Assembly: GCA_964291285.2 (NCBI GenBank)
Contig: OZ219785.1
Coordinates: forward strand, 160,001 to 224,000
Length of the DNA: 64,000 bases
Source of the DNA: Alphaproteobacteria bacterium
GTDB taxonomy: Bacteria > Pseudomonadota > Alphaproteobacteria > Bin95
Reading direction: 5' to 3'
Shown here: in pieces, positions 1-9,472 of the stretch
Layout: each line of letters starts with the position of its first letter
Numbering within the stretch: position 1 is the first letter of the stretch
The notes under the pieces: model-generated
The model's input: the letters and a program-made list of their open reading frames with translations, nothing else
Told to the model about the DNA's origin: nothing
The model's database searches: none
Translations under genes and position numbers: made by a program

Positions 1-1016
1 TCGAACAGGTCGGCCTGAGGCGGCGCCGCAGACGGTTCATCCTTGCCGGTGTCGATGCCGTCATGTTGCTTGCCGTCCCCGCCGATGCTTCGCTCCCTCG
101 CCCTGGCCACAAGTGCCCTGGCATCGAAGCCGAGGTCGGCGGCCTGCCTGGCCCAGGTCTCGCGCAGCGCCTCACGGTCGACATCGCGCTTGGCCGCCCG
201 CGTCATCAGCGCCGCGCGGCGGGCCAAGTGCTGGTTCTCCGCCGTGCCGCCGAGACCCCGGCCCGCCAGCGCCGCCTCGATCTCGGCCCGGCGGGTGGAG
301 AAGGCCGCCACGATCTCGCGCGATACGCCCGCGATCTCGAACCGCCCGTCCGCATGGGTCTTCTGGATGCCGTAGCCGAACCTGGCGAGTTCCCCGGCAA
401 GCTCGCTTCTGTACAAGGCGCCCAGCAGCATCTTCGAGGCATACAGGCTTTCGTTGGCCATGGTCCGCCACTTGCCGTCCGGCCCGAGCAGCATGTTGGC
501 GACCACCGAATGGGTGTGCAGCGCCGGGTCGAGGTTGCGGGACGTTTCGTGCCGGAAGGTGGCGACCACCGTCTTCTGACCCCCGGTCCGCACCATGCGC
601 CCGGTCTCCCCGTCCTGCATCCGGGTCTTGGCGGCATTCCGCTCGAACCAGTCGAGGGTGCGCCCGACCGCCCGGTCATGGGCATCGACGATGCGGCCGT
701 CGCCGCCGACGAGTGCGGCCAGAGAGACGGATTTCGGGGCGCTGAAGGTCAGGTCGCGGCCGGGACGGTGGCGGATTTCGCCATCGCCGAGCCTTCGGCC
801 CAAGCGTTTCCCCGAACCGTCCGGAACCTCGCCTTCCAGCACTGACCGGAAGGTGTCCGGGTCTACCGGCCCTTCGAGGCCGAGCGCCTCGGCGCCCTTG
901 CCAGTCCACGCACTGGCTGCCCGGTGCTCAGGGGAGTCCCTGGCGTAGTAGCCGTCCCTCTCATAGTAGCCAGCACCCTGGGACGGGCTTGCCACCGCGC
1001 CGACCGAGGCAACCAT
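1..1016 (-). CDS. trwC: MOBF/TrwC-family conjugative relaxase, N-terminal part (runs off the left edge; absent from the ORF track)
   Basis: Manual translation from ATG at 1016: MVASVGAVASPSQGAGYYERDGYY..., W-x-GKGAEALGLEG, RPGRDLTFSAPKSVS, and HUH motif HETSRNLDPALHTHSVVAN. Confidence 0.93.
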   Translation of the reverse strand, partial: MVASVGAVASPSQGAGYYERDGYYARDSPEHRAASAWTGKGAEALGLEGPVDPDTFRSVLEGEVPDGSGKRLGRRLGDGEIRHRPGRDLTFSAPKSVSLAALVGGDGRIVDAHDRAVGRTLDWFERNAAKTRMQDGETGRMVRTGGQKTVVATFRHETSRNLDPALHTHSVVANMLLGPDGKWRTMANESLYASKMLLGALYRSELAGELARFGYGIQKTHADGRFEIAGVSREIVAAFSTRRAEIEAALAGRGLGGTAENQHLARRAALMTRAAKRDVDREALRETWARQAADLGFDARALVARARERSIGGDGKQHDGIDTGKDEPSAAPPQADLF

Positions 1017-1723
1017 CAGACCCAGCACCCATGATCGCGCCTGCGCCGTGTGCGGCCGGCAGGGGTTGAACCAGCGGGTTCGCCGCGCCGCGCGACAGCG
1101 GCATCCGGCTTGCCGGGAGGAGATGCGGCGGGTCCGGGCGCAGCGATTGCCGATGCAAAATCCCGCACGGCCGATGACGACGCGGCACCATGTGCAACAG
1201 TATCTGGCGCCGATACCGGCCTCTCTCTCGGCAAGGACAATCGCTCCTGCTCTTCAGACCACTGTGCGAACGCCCGCTCGTGGGCGGGGCGTTGTTGGGT
1301 TCGGCCCCCACCCCTCCGCCGCCCAATCAGCACGAGGCACAGCAGCGCGCCGCCCGACCCCGACAGGGCGCCCAGCGTTGCACCGTTCCAAGCCGCCGCC
1401 AGAATATCCTCCCGCGCCCAGCGCGCCTCCAGGGTGACCGTGAGGCCGTAACGACTGACCGTCTCGACCGTACCGTTCGCCCTGCGGTATTCCACCGGCG
1501 TGTCCTCGCCGAACCCGGCGGCGATCAGAAGGCCCGCGACCGTGACCTTGGCCGCCGCGTACCAGTCATGCCCCGAGGTGTCCCGCGCCAGAACGACCGC
1601 GCCGCCGAGAATCGCCATGGAGACCGCGGCCATCGCCGCGGCGACGAACCCTTGCCGCCACAACTCGCCGTCGAAGACGGGCCGCCATCCGGTGCGGCGC
1701 CCGTGATGTGCGCGGTTTGCCAA
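1016..1723 (-). CDS. Membrane protein coupled to the relaxase; possibly an isolated N-terminal anchor of a type IV coupling protein
   Basis: Two or three hydrophobic segments; its TGA overlaps the relaxase ATG (TGATG); no Walker motifs. Confidence 0.5.
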   Translation of the reverse strand: MANRAHHGRRTGWRPVFDGELWRQGFVAAAMAAVSMAILGGAVVLARDTSGHDWYAAAKVTVAGLLIAAGFGEDTPVEYRRANGTVETVSRYGLTVTLEARWAREDILAAAWNGATLGALSGSGGALLCLVLIGRRRGGGRTQQRPAHERAFAQWSEEQERLSLPRERPVSAPDTVAHGAASSSAVRDFASAIAAPGPAASPPGKPDAAVARRGEPAGSTPAGRTRRRRDHGCWV

Positions 1724-2067
1724 TGGATCGTCCTCCCTGCCGCGGCCGTTGCCGGATCACGGGCGTGGTTTCCGGGGACGGCACTGCGGGCGCCCCGGTC
1801 GCCGCCACTGCAGAAACATGATGGGAACCCGTGGTCTTCTCAACCGGATCAGTTGAGTATTACCAATGGATTGACGACACAGATGCGTAACCCTGCGCGT
1901 GGCTACGGTCTTTTTTCCCGAACGATCAGGCCCGCAAACGCACGACAGCCATGGACGGCGCAGAGATGTGAAAGAAATTCTCGACTGCGATATAATGGGG
2001 AGCAGGTTCCCCGCCGCCTGCGGGTGCCGGGGGGCCTGGCCGAAACCAACCGGGTTGGCAAACCGAC

Positions 2068-5000
2068 ATGGACACGAGCGAACGGTTCTTCGACCAGCCG
2101 GTTCTCAATTCGCCATACGAGGTTCCCGCGCGGCACTGGGAGCTTGACGAAAGCGGCCAGCCCACCGACCGCCTCCTCGAGCGGCGGCGCGAGGTCTCCT
2201 TCCTTACGCCGATCCCCAGGCCCCGGAAGGGCAAGAGCGCGCAACAGACGCTGATCTTCGACGAGGCGGCGCAGCGGGCCTCGACCGACGGCCAGCAATA
2301 CGAGTTGGCCCAGACCATCAACAGCGTGCGCAACGAGGTCGGCCGCTGGCGCGCGCTGCCGGACCCGGCGCAGTGGAGGGTCACGCCGGAGACGGCGCGG
2401 CTGCTGCGCCACTGGCGCCACCACAGGTTCAACGACATCCGCCCGTTCTTCTGCCAGGTCGAGGCCGTGGAGACGGCGATCTGGCTGACCGAGGTCGCCC
2501 CGAGTTACGGCAACGCCGGGCGACGGTTCCTCGAACATCTGGAAGGGGCCAGCGAGGAGGCGAACCCCGGTCTTGCCCGGCTCGCCCTGAAGCTCGCCAC
2601 GGGCGCCGGCAAGACGACCGTCATGGCCATGCTGATCGCCTGGCAGACCGTCAACGCGGTCCGCCGCCCGAACAGCCGGCGGTTCACCCGGGGGTTCCTC
2701 GTCGTCACCCCCGGCATCACGATCAGGGACCGGCTCCGCGTCCTTCAGCCCAACGACCCTGACAGCTACTACAAGAGCCGGGAACTGGTGCCGGGCGACA
2801 TGCTGGCCGACCTCGGCCGGGCCAGGATCGTCATCACCAACTTCCATGCCTTCAAGCGCCGCGAGACGATGGAGGTCTCGAAGGGCGGCCGCGCCCTCCT
2901 CCAGGGCCGCGGCCCCGACCTGCGCTCGCTGGAGAGCGAAGGCCGGATGCTCCAACGGGTCATGCCCGAACTCATGGGCATGAGGAATGTGCTCGCGCTG
3001 AACGACGAGGCGCACCACTGCTACAGGGAAAAGCCGGGGGAGGGCGACGAAGGCAGGTTCACGGGCGACGACCGCAAGGAGGCCGAGAAGAACCGCGAGG
3101 CCGCGCGGCTCTGGATCTCCGGGCTGGAGGCGGTGGAGCGCAAGCTCGGCCTCGCCCGGGTGATCGACCTCTCCGCAACGCCGTTCTTCCTGAGCGGTTC
3201 CGGCTACGCGGAAGGCACGCTCTTCCCCTGGACGATGAGCGACTTCTCGCTGATGGACGCGATCGAGTGCGGCATCGTCAAGCTGCCGCGGGTGCCGGTG
3301 GCCGACAACATTGCCGGCGGCGACATGCCGAAATTCCGCAACCTGTGGGAGCATATCCGCCAGGACATGCCGAAGAAGGGCCGCGGCAAGGCCGCCAGCC
3401 TCGATCCCCTGCAGATTCCGGTGCCCCTGCAAACGGCCCTGCACGCCCTCTATGGCCACTACGAGAAGACCTTCGAATTGTGGCGGGAGGCGGGGATCGA
3501 GGTGCCGCCCTGCTTCATCGTCGTCTGCAACAACACTTCGACCTCGAAGCTGATTCACGACTACATCGCCGGCTTCCGGCGCGAGAACCGGGACGGCTCC
3601 ACGGTGCCTGAAAACGGCCGCCTCGAACTGTTCCGCAACTTCGACGAGCACGGCAACCCGCTGGCGCAACCGCGCACCCTGCTGATCGACAGCGAGCAGC
3701 TGGAGTCCGGCGAGGCGCTCGACCGGAACTTCCGCACGGTGGCCGCCGACGAGATCGACCGCTTCCGCCGTGAGATCGTCGAACGCACCGGCGACCGGAA
3801 GCGCGCTGAAAACCTGTCCGACCAGGAGCTGTTGCGCGAGGCGATGAACACCGTCGGCAAGGAAGGCCGGCTCGGCGGCGCCACGCGCTGCGTCGTCTCG
3901 GTCTCCATGCTGACCGAAGGCTGGGACGCCAACACCGTCACCCATGTGCTCGGGGTGCGCGCCTTCGGAACCCAGCTTCTGTGCGAACAGGCGGTCGGCC
4001 GTGCGCTGCGCCGTCAGTCATACGCACTCAGTGACGAGGGCGTCCTGCCCGTCGAATATGCCGATGTGCTCGGCATCCCGTTCGACTTCACGGCCAAACC
4101 CGTGGTCGCCCCGCCGCAGACGCCGCGCAAGACGGTGCAGGTCATGGCCATGCGTCCGGAGCGCGATGCCTGCGAGATCCGCTTCCCGCGGGTCGCCGGC
4201 TACCGTATCGCGTTGCCGGAGGAGCGTTTGCAGGCAACGTTCGACGCCGATTCGACTCTCGAGTTGACCCCCGACCTGGTCGGCCCATCCGTCACCCGCA
4301 ACGAGGGGATCATCGGCGAAGGTGTGGACCTGAGTCTGGTGCACACTCGCGATCTTCGGCACTCGACCCTCCTGTTTCACCTCACCAAGCGTCTGCTGGA
4401 AACCAAGTGGCGCGACCCTGACGGGGAACCCAGGCTGTACCTGTTCGGCCAGCTCAAGCGCATCGCGCGCCAGTGGCTCGACGATCACCTGGTCTGCAAG
4501 GCCGGCACCTGTCCCGCGCAACTCATGTATATGGCGCTCGCCGACATGGCCTGCGAGCGCATCACCCGCGGCATCGTCGCGCGCCATGTCGGCGAGCGGC
4601 CTGTCGAGGCCGTTCTCGACCCCTACAACCCGGCGGGGTCGACCGCCCATGTGCGCTTCGCCACATCGAAGCAGACGCTGTGGAAGACCGATGCCCGCCG
4701 CTGCCACATCAACTATGTCGTCTGCGACAGCGATTGGGAAGCCGAGTTCTGCCGCGTCGCAGAGGGCCATCCCCGGGTCCGCGCCTATGTCAAGAACCAC
4801 GGGCTCGGTCTGGAGGTGCCCTATCGCCAGGGTGCCGAGGCGCGAACCTACATCCCCGACTTCATCGTGCTGGTGGACGACGGGCGGGGCGCGGACGACC
4901 CGCTGCAGCTGGTCGTCGAGATCAAGGGCCGTCGCGGGGAGGACGCCAAGGCCAAGAAGGCGGCGATGGACACCTATTGGGTGCCGGGCGTCAATGCGCT

Positions 5001-5154
5001 CGACACCTTCGGCCGCTGGGCCTTCACCGAGTTCGCCGCTGTCCACGAGATCGAATCCGAGTTCCGCAGCTTGCTCGATGGCCTTCTGTCGCCTGCCAGC
5101 GGCATCGCTGCCACGATGCCGCTGGCCCAACACGCCGCCCCGATACACGGATAG
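2068..5154 (+). CDS. res: Type III-like restriction endonuclease subunit (SF2 helicase plus C-terminal PD-(D/E)xK nuclease)
   Basis: LATGAGKT Walker A, NDEAHH, LSATP, MLTEGWD, Q-x-x-GRALRR, YIPDFIV...VEIKG. Confidence 0.92.
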   Translation: MDTSERFFDQPVLNSPYEVPARHWELDESGQPTDRLLERRREVSFLTPIPRPRKGKSAQQTLIFDEAAQRASTDGQQYELAQTINSVRNEVGRWRALPDPAQWRVTPETARLLRHWRHHRFNDIRPFFCQVEAVETAIWLTEVAPSYGNAGRRFLEHLEGASEEANPGLARLALKLATGAGKTTVMAMLIAWQTVNAVRRPNSRRFTRGFLVVTPGITIRDRLRVLQPNDPDSYYKSRELVPGDMLADLGRARIVITNFHAFKRRETMEVSKGGRALLQGRGPDLRSLESEGRMLQRVMPELMGMRNVLALNDEAHHCYREKPGEGDEGRFTGDDRKEAEKNREAARLWISGLEAVERKLGLARVIDLSATPFFLSGSGYAEGTLFPWTMSDFSLMDAIECGIVKLPRVPVADNIAGGDMPKFRNLWEHIRQDMPKKGRGKAASLDPLQIPVPLQTALHALYGHYEKTFELWREAGIEVPPCFIVVCNNTSTSKLIHDYIAGFRRENRDGSTVPENGRLELFRNFDEHGNPLAQPRTLLIDSEQLESGEALDRNFRTVAADEIDRFRREIVERTGDRKRAENLSDQELLREAMNTVGKEGRLGGATRCVVSVSMLTEGWDANTVTHVLGVRAFGTQLLCEQAVGRALRRQSYALSDEGVLPVEYADVLGIPFDFTAKPVVAPPQTPRKTVQVMAMRPERDACEIRFPRVAGYRIALPEERLQATFDADSTLELTPDLVGPSVTRNEGIIGEGVDLSLVHTRDLRHSTLLFHLTKRLLETKWRDPDGEPRLYLFGQLKRIARQWLDDHLVCKAGTCPAQLMYMALADMACERITRGIVARHVGERPVEAVLDPYNPAGSTAHVRFATSKQTLWKTDARRCHINYVVCDSDWEAEFCRVAEGHPRVRAYVKNHGLGLEVPYRQGAEARTYIPDFIVLVDDGRGADDPLQLVVEIKGRRGEDAKAKKAAMDTYWVPGVNALDTFGRWAFTEFAAVHEIESEFRSLLDGLLSPASGIAATMPLAQHAAPIHG

Positions 5155-5174
5155 GGCGCGGGACGGTTTTGAAG

Positions 5175-5651
5175 ATGAGCACCAGGCTCTACTCCGGGAC
5201 GGAGTTGGACGCGCTGCGGGCGATGCCCAAACGGATTGCCAACCCCCGCGCGCGCTGGCTGGAAAAGCCCAAGGGCCGACCCACCCACCGGCAATGCAGC
5301 TTTCAAGCCTCCGGAGACGGCGGCACCGAGGAGCGTTTTCTGATATATCAGCGGCAGAACCTGCAAGATGAACAGGACTTCTCCTGCGGAATCGCCCACC
5401 TGCCTCGCGGTGCGCCGCCGCTGACGCTGGCGCGCTACAATGGGCCGAGCCACGAGCACGGGGACATAGCCTACCGCCCGCACATTCACCGCGCTTCGGA
5501 GAAGACTATAGCGGCCGGCCTGAAGCCGGAGTCCGGTGCGGAAGAAACCGAACGGTTCGAGACGTTGGAAGGCGCGCTTGCCTGTCTGGTAAACGATTTC
5601 AATGTAACCGGCATCAGCGTTCAGCACGATAACGAACCGAGGTTCCTTTGA
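5175..5651 (+). CDS. Hypothetical protein (158 aa) with His-rich motif, partner of the DUF1828-like gene
   Basis: Start reassigned to ATG 5175, just after the res stop; motif LARYNGPSHEH...PHIH; overlaps the next gene. Confidence 0.7.
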   Translation: MSTRLYSGTELDALRAMPKRIANPRARWLEKPKGRPTHRQCSFQASGDGGTEERFLIYQRQNLQDEQDFSCGIAHLPRGAPPLTLARYNGPSHEHGDIAYRPHIHRASEKTIAAGLKPESGAEETERFETLEGALACLVNDFNVTGISVQHDNEPRFL

Positions 5652-6439
5652 TGGCTATCGACCCGGCCTCCCTTCAAAATCTGCTGTGCGAGCGCCTTTG
5701 CGAAGAGGTGAGGATCGACCGTCGGCCCGACGGCGCGTTGATGCTCCGGGCGCATTTCGAATTTCCCGACGGCGACCGCTATCCGATCCACCTCTCGGCG
5801 GCGGCATCGGGAGGGCTTCGCCTGTCGGACCGCGGACACACGCTGATGCATCTCAGCTATGAGCATGAGATCGACTCCTTCATGGACGGGACCCGGGGCA
5901 TGCTCCTCGAACGCATCATGGGCGAAACCGGACTCGGCTGGGACGGGGACAGCGGGGCGCTTTGCCTCGATACGGCCCCCGAGAACCTGCCGCAGGCCCT
6001 GTTCGTCTTCGGGCAGGCGCTGACGAGGGTGTACGACCTGACCCTGCTTTCGCGCTCGAATGTCGGTTCCACTTTCTACGACGACCTTGCCGATCTCCTG
6101 TTCAGCTTTGTGGACGAGGTCAGGATCGAACAGAACTTCCAGCCGGATGTTCCGAACGCCGACGCCTACCCCGTGGATTATCGCATCGACGGGAAGGGCG
6201 ATGTTCCGCTTTTCGTCTATGGTGTGCCCAACCGCGACAAGGCGCGTCTGGCCACCATCATGCTGTCGCACTTCCACCGGCACGCGCTGCGCTTCGAATC
6301 CATCATCGTCTTCGAACGCCAGGCCGAGATTCCGAGGGCGGATCTCGCACGTCTGTCGGATGTCGGCGGCGACATGATCTCGTCGCTCGCGTCGCATGAG
6401 GATTTCAACCGAAAGCTCTTGCAGCGTGTCGCGGCATGA
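5648..6439 (+). CDS. DUF1828-like domain protein
   Basis: FEFPDGDRYPIHL...LRLSDRGHTLMHL N-terminal signature; C-terminal nuclease-like region (YPVDYRI). Confidence 0.7.
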   Translation: MMAIDPASLQNLLCERLCEEVRIDRRPDGALMLRAHFEFPDGDRYPIHLSAAASGGLRLSDRGHTLMHLSYEHEIDSFMDGTRGMLLERIMGETGLGWDGDSGALCLDTAPENLPQALFVFGQALTRVYDLTLLSRSNVGSTFYDDLADLLFSFVDEVRIEQNFQPDVPNADAYPVDYRIDGKGDVPLFVYGVPNRDKARLATIMLSHFHRHALRFESIIVFERQAEIPRADLARLSDVGGDMISSLASHEDFNRKLLQRVAA

Positions 6440-6460
6440 CGCGCCGTAGCCGATGAGGGA

Positions 6461-6682
6461 ATGGGAATGAAGCTGCATTATTATCCCGAGACGGACAGCC
6501 TCCATGTCGAGTTCAAGGCCGGGCCGGGCACCGAGACGCGGGAGGTGGCGGACGGTCTGAATCTCGATCTTGACGGTGATGGCAGCGTCGTGGGCTTCGA
6601 CATCGACCGGGCCTCGCGGCGTGTCGGTCTCTCGACACTGGAGGCCGAGGCGCTGCCGCCGCGCACGACCAGGGTGGCCTGA
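6461..6682 (+). CDS. DUF2283-like small protein
   Basis: MKLHYYPETDSLHVEF...LNLDLDGDGSVVGFDID pattern. Confidence 0.8.
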   Translation: MGMKLHYYPETDSLHVEFKAGPGTETREVADGLNLDLDGDGSVVGFDIDRASRRVGLSTLEAEALPPRTTRVA

Positions 6683-6685
6683 TCC

Positions 6686-9415
6686 ATGGCGCGCGGGACG
6701 AAAACAGGGCCCAAATCCGTCGAAACCCTGACGCACGGCGAGGCGTCCAGGCGGAACATTCCGACGGCGGAATACCATCCCGTCCTGTCGGAGGAGGACA
6801 AGGCACCGGTCCGCGTGGCCTGGGAGCGCCGCAACCGCGATCTCGACCCGCAGCTCGTCTGGCGCGGCAAGGACGAGCAGGACGCCGCCGACCTCGTCGT
6901 CCAGGCGCCGCCACTCTATATCCAGGAGAAGGTGCACCCCAAGGCGCTGGTGGACGACCTGCTGCGGCAGACGAAGGAGCGCCGCGACGAGGGGGCAGAA
7001 GCGGCGCCGGACCTGTTCGCCGATTTCAACGGCCTGCCGAGCGAGGATGCGCGCACCGAGTTCTACCGCCACGACGCCAACTGGTCGAACCGCATGATCC
7101 TGGGCGACAGCCTGCAGGTCATGGCGAGTCTTGCCGAGCGCGAAGGCCTGCGCGGCAGGGTGCAGTGCATCTATATCGACCCGCCCTACGGCATCAGGTT
7201 CAACTCCAACTTCCAGTGGTCCACCACCAGCCGCGACGTGAAGGACGGCAACGCCGCCCACATCACCCGCGAACCGGAGCAGGTGAAGGCCTTCCGCGAC
7301 ACCTGGCGCGACGGCATCCACTCCTACCTCACCTATCTCCGCGACCGGCTGACCGTGGCGCGGGAACTGCTGACGGAGAGCGGCTCGGTCTTCGTGCAGA
7401 TCGGGGACGAGAATGTTCACCGTGTCCGGGCAGTGATGGATGAGGTGTTTGGTGAGGGGAACTTTATTAGCCTGATAAGCTATTCCACGACCACCGGTAG
7501 AACATCTTCGTTTGTTCCGAATGTTAACGATTACCTTCTTTGGTTTGCGAAGAATGTGAGCAGAACAAAATACAGGAAAGTGTTTGTTAATTCAATTAAC
7601 GGAGAGCAATCTGAGATAGAGCACGCAGGGACATTTGAAACTAGAGACCTGACGTCTCAGGGAGCGGCTAGTCAAAAACAACCGTTCTTTTTTCAAAATG
7701 AGGTATTTTTCCCAGCTGTTGCACGCCATTGGAGTAATGATCATATTACAGGCATGCCCCGACTTGCTAAATCTGGAAGAATAGTTAAGGTTAGCAAGAC
7801 ACAAATTCGTGCAAAAATTTACAAAAATGAGCAGACGGCTACTTTACTTACCAATCGATGGCTAGATACTCAATTTGGTGCATTTGCAAGGGATAAAATT
7901 TATGTTGTGCAAACCGCTACACGGGTCATTCAACGCTGCATCCTGATGACCACCGACCCCGGCGATCTGGTGCTGGACCCGACCTGCGGCTCCGGCACTG
8001 CGGCCCATGTCGCCGAGCAGTGGGGGCGGCGGTGGGTCGCCATCGACACTTCCCGCGTCGCCCTCGCGCTGGCCCGCGCCCGCATCATGGGCGCGCGCTA
8101 TCCCTGGTATCTCCTCGCCGACAGCCCGGAAGGGCGGCGCAAGGAAGCGGAGATCGCCCGCCAGTCGCCCCCGGAGACGCCGACGGGCAGCGACATCCGC
8201 CAGGGCTTCGTCTATGAGCGGGTGCCGCACATCACCCTCAAATCCATCGCCAACAACGCCGAAATCGACGTGATCTGGGAGAAGTGGCAGCAGACCCTGG
8301 AGCCGCTCCGCGCCCGGCTCAACGCGGCCCTCGGCAGGCAGTGGGAAGAATGGGAAATCCCGCGCACTGCGGGCGAGAGCTGGCCTAGCGCTGCCGCCGC
8401 CGCACATGCCGCATGGTGGGAGGCGCGCATCGCCCGGCAGAAGGAAATCGACGCCGCCATCGCCGCCAGGGCCGAGCATGAATATCTCTACGACAAACCC
8501 TATGTCGACAATTCCCGCATCCGCGTCGCCGGCCCCTTCACCGTCGAGAGCCTGGCGCCGCACCGGATGCTGGCGGTGGACGAGAATGACGAACCCTTCA
8601 CCGGGCTTTCCGACCGGAAGCTCGGCTATGGCGAGGCGCCGAACTTCACCGACATGATCCTGGAGAATCTCAGGACGGCCGGCGTCCAGCAGGCGCATAA
8701 GGAGGACCGCATCGCCTTCGCCGCGCTCACGCCCTGGCCCGGCCGCTATGTCTGCGCCGAGGGCCGCTATGTGGAAGGCGGCGGCGAGAACGGCGCCACA
8801 CGGCGCGCCGGCGTCTTCATCGGCCCCGAATTCGGCACCGTGGCGCGGCCGGACCTTGTCGCCGCCGCGCGCGAGGCCGCCGACGCCGGGTTCGATGTGC
8901 TGGTTGCCTGCGCCTTCAGCTACGACGCCCATGCCGCCGAGTTCGAGAAGCTCGGGCGCATCCCGGTGCTCAAGGCGCGCATGAACGCTGACCTGCACAT
9001 GGCCGGCGATCTCAAGAACACCGGCAAGGGCAACCTCTTTGTCATCTTCGGCGAGCCCGATATCGATATCCTGGACGACGGGGACGAGAATATCCGGGTG
9101 CGCATCAACGGCGTCGATGTCTTCCACCCCAACACCGGCGAGGTGCGCAGCGACGGCCCCGACGGCATCGCCTGCTGGTTCGTCGATACCGACTACAACG
9201 AGGAGAGCTTCTTCGTCCGCCACGCCTATTTCCTCGGCGCCAACGATCCCTACAAGGCGCTCAAGACAACGCTCAAGGCCGAGATCGACCCCGACGCCTG
9301 GGCCACCCTCAACAGCGACACCTCCCGCCCGTTCCCCAAACCCGCCTCCGGCCGCATCGCCGTCAAGGTCATCAACCACCTCGGCGACGAGGCGATGAAG
9401 GTTTTCCGGGTGTGA
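6686..9415 (+). CDS. mod: Site-specific N6-adenine DNA methyltransferase (type III-like Mod, beta class)
   Basis: IYIDPPYG precedes VLDPTCGSGT; an AT-rich central TRD lies between them. Confidence 0.93.
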   Translation: MARGTKTGPKSVETLTHGEASRRNIPTAEYHPVLSEEDKAPVRVAWERRNRDLDPQLVWRGKDEQDAADLVVQAPPLYIQEKVHPKALVDDLLRQTKERRDEGAEAAPDLFADFNGLPSEDARTEFYRHDANWSNRMILGDSLQVMASLAEREGLRGRVQCIYIDPPYGIRFNSNFQWSTTSRDVKDGNAAHITREPEQVKAFRDTWRDGIHSYLTYLRDRLTVARELLTESGSVFVQIGDENVHRVRAVMDEVFGEGNFISLISYSTTTGRTSSFVPNVNDYLLWFAKNVSRTKYRKVFVNSINGEQSEIEHAGTFETRDLTSQGAASQKQPFFFQNEVFFPAVARHWSNDHITGMPRLAKSGRIVKVSKTQIRAKIYKNEQTATLLTNRWLDTQFGAFARDKIYVVQTATRVIQRCILMTTDPGDLVLDPTCGSGTAAHVAEQWGRRWVAIDTSRVALALARARIMGARYPWYLLADSPEGRRKEAEIARQSPPETPTGSDIRQGFVYERVPHITLKSIANNAEIDVIWEKWQQTLEPLRARLNAALGRQWEEWEIPRTAGESWPSAAAAAHAAWWEARIARQKEIDAAIAARAEHEYLYDKPYVDNSRIRVAGPFTVESLAPHRMLAVDENDEPFTGLSDRKLGYGEAPNFTDMILENLRTAGVQQAHKEDRIAFAALTPWPGRYVCAEGRYVEGGGENGATRRAGVFIGPEFGTVARPDLVAAAREAADAGFDVLVACAFSYDAHAAEFEKLGRIPVLKARMNADLHMAGDLKNTGKGNLFVIFGEPDIDILDDGDENIRVRINGVDVFHPNTGEVRSDGPDGIACWFVDTDYNEESFFVRHAYFLGANDPYKALKTTLKAEIDPDAWATLNSDTSRPFPKPASGRIAVKVINHLGDEAMKVFRV

Positions 9416-9472
9416 CATGGGCCGCAGAGCGAGGAATATCCGCGCGGGAACGTTATTGGAGAATACCGGGAA

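Noticed and set aside
1903-3945. Long antisense or alternative-frame ORFs (also 5621-7420, 7862-9628, 22917-24677, 62300-63934)
   Set aside because: Shadows of well-supported genes in GC-rich DNA
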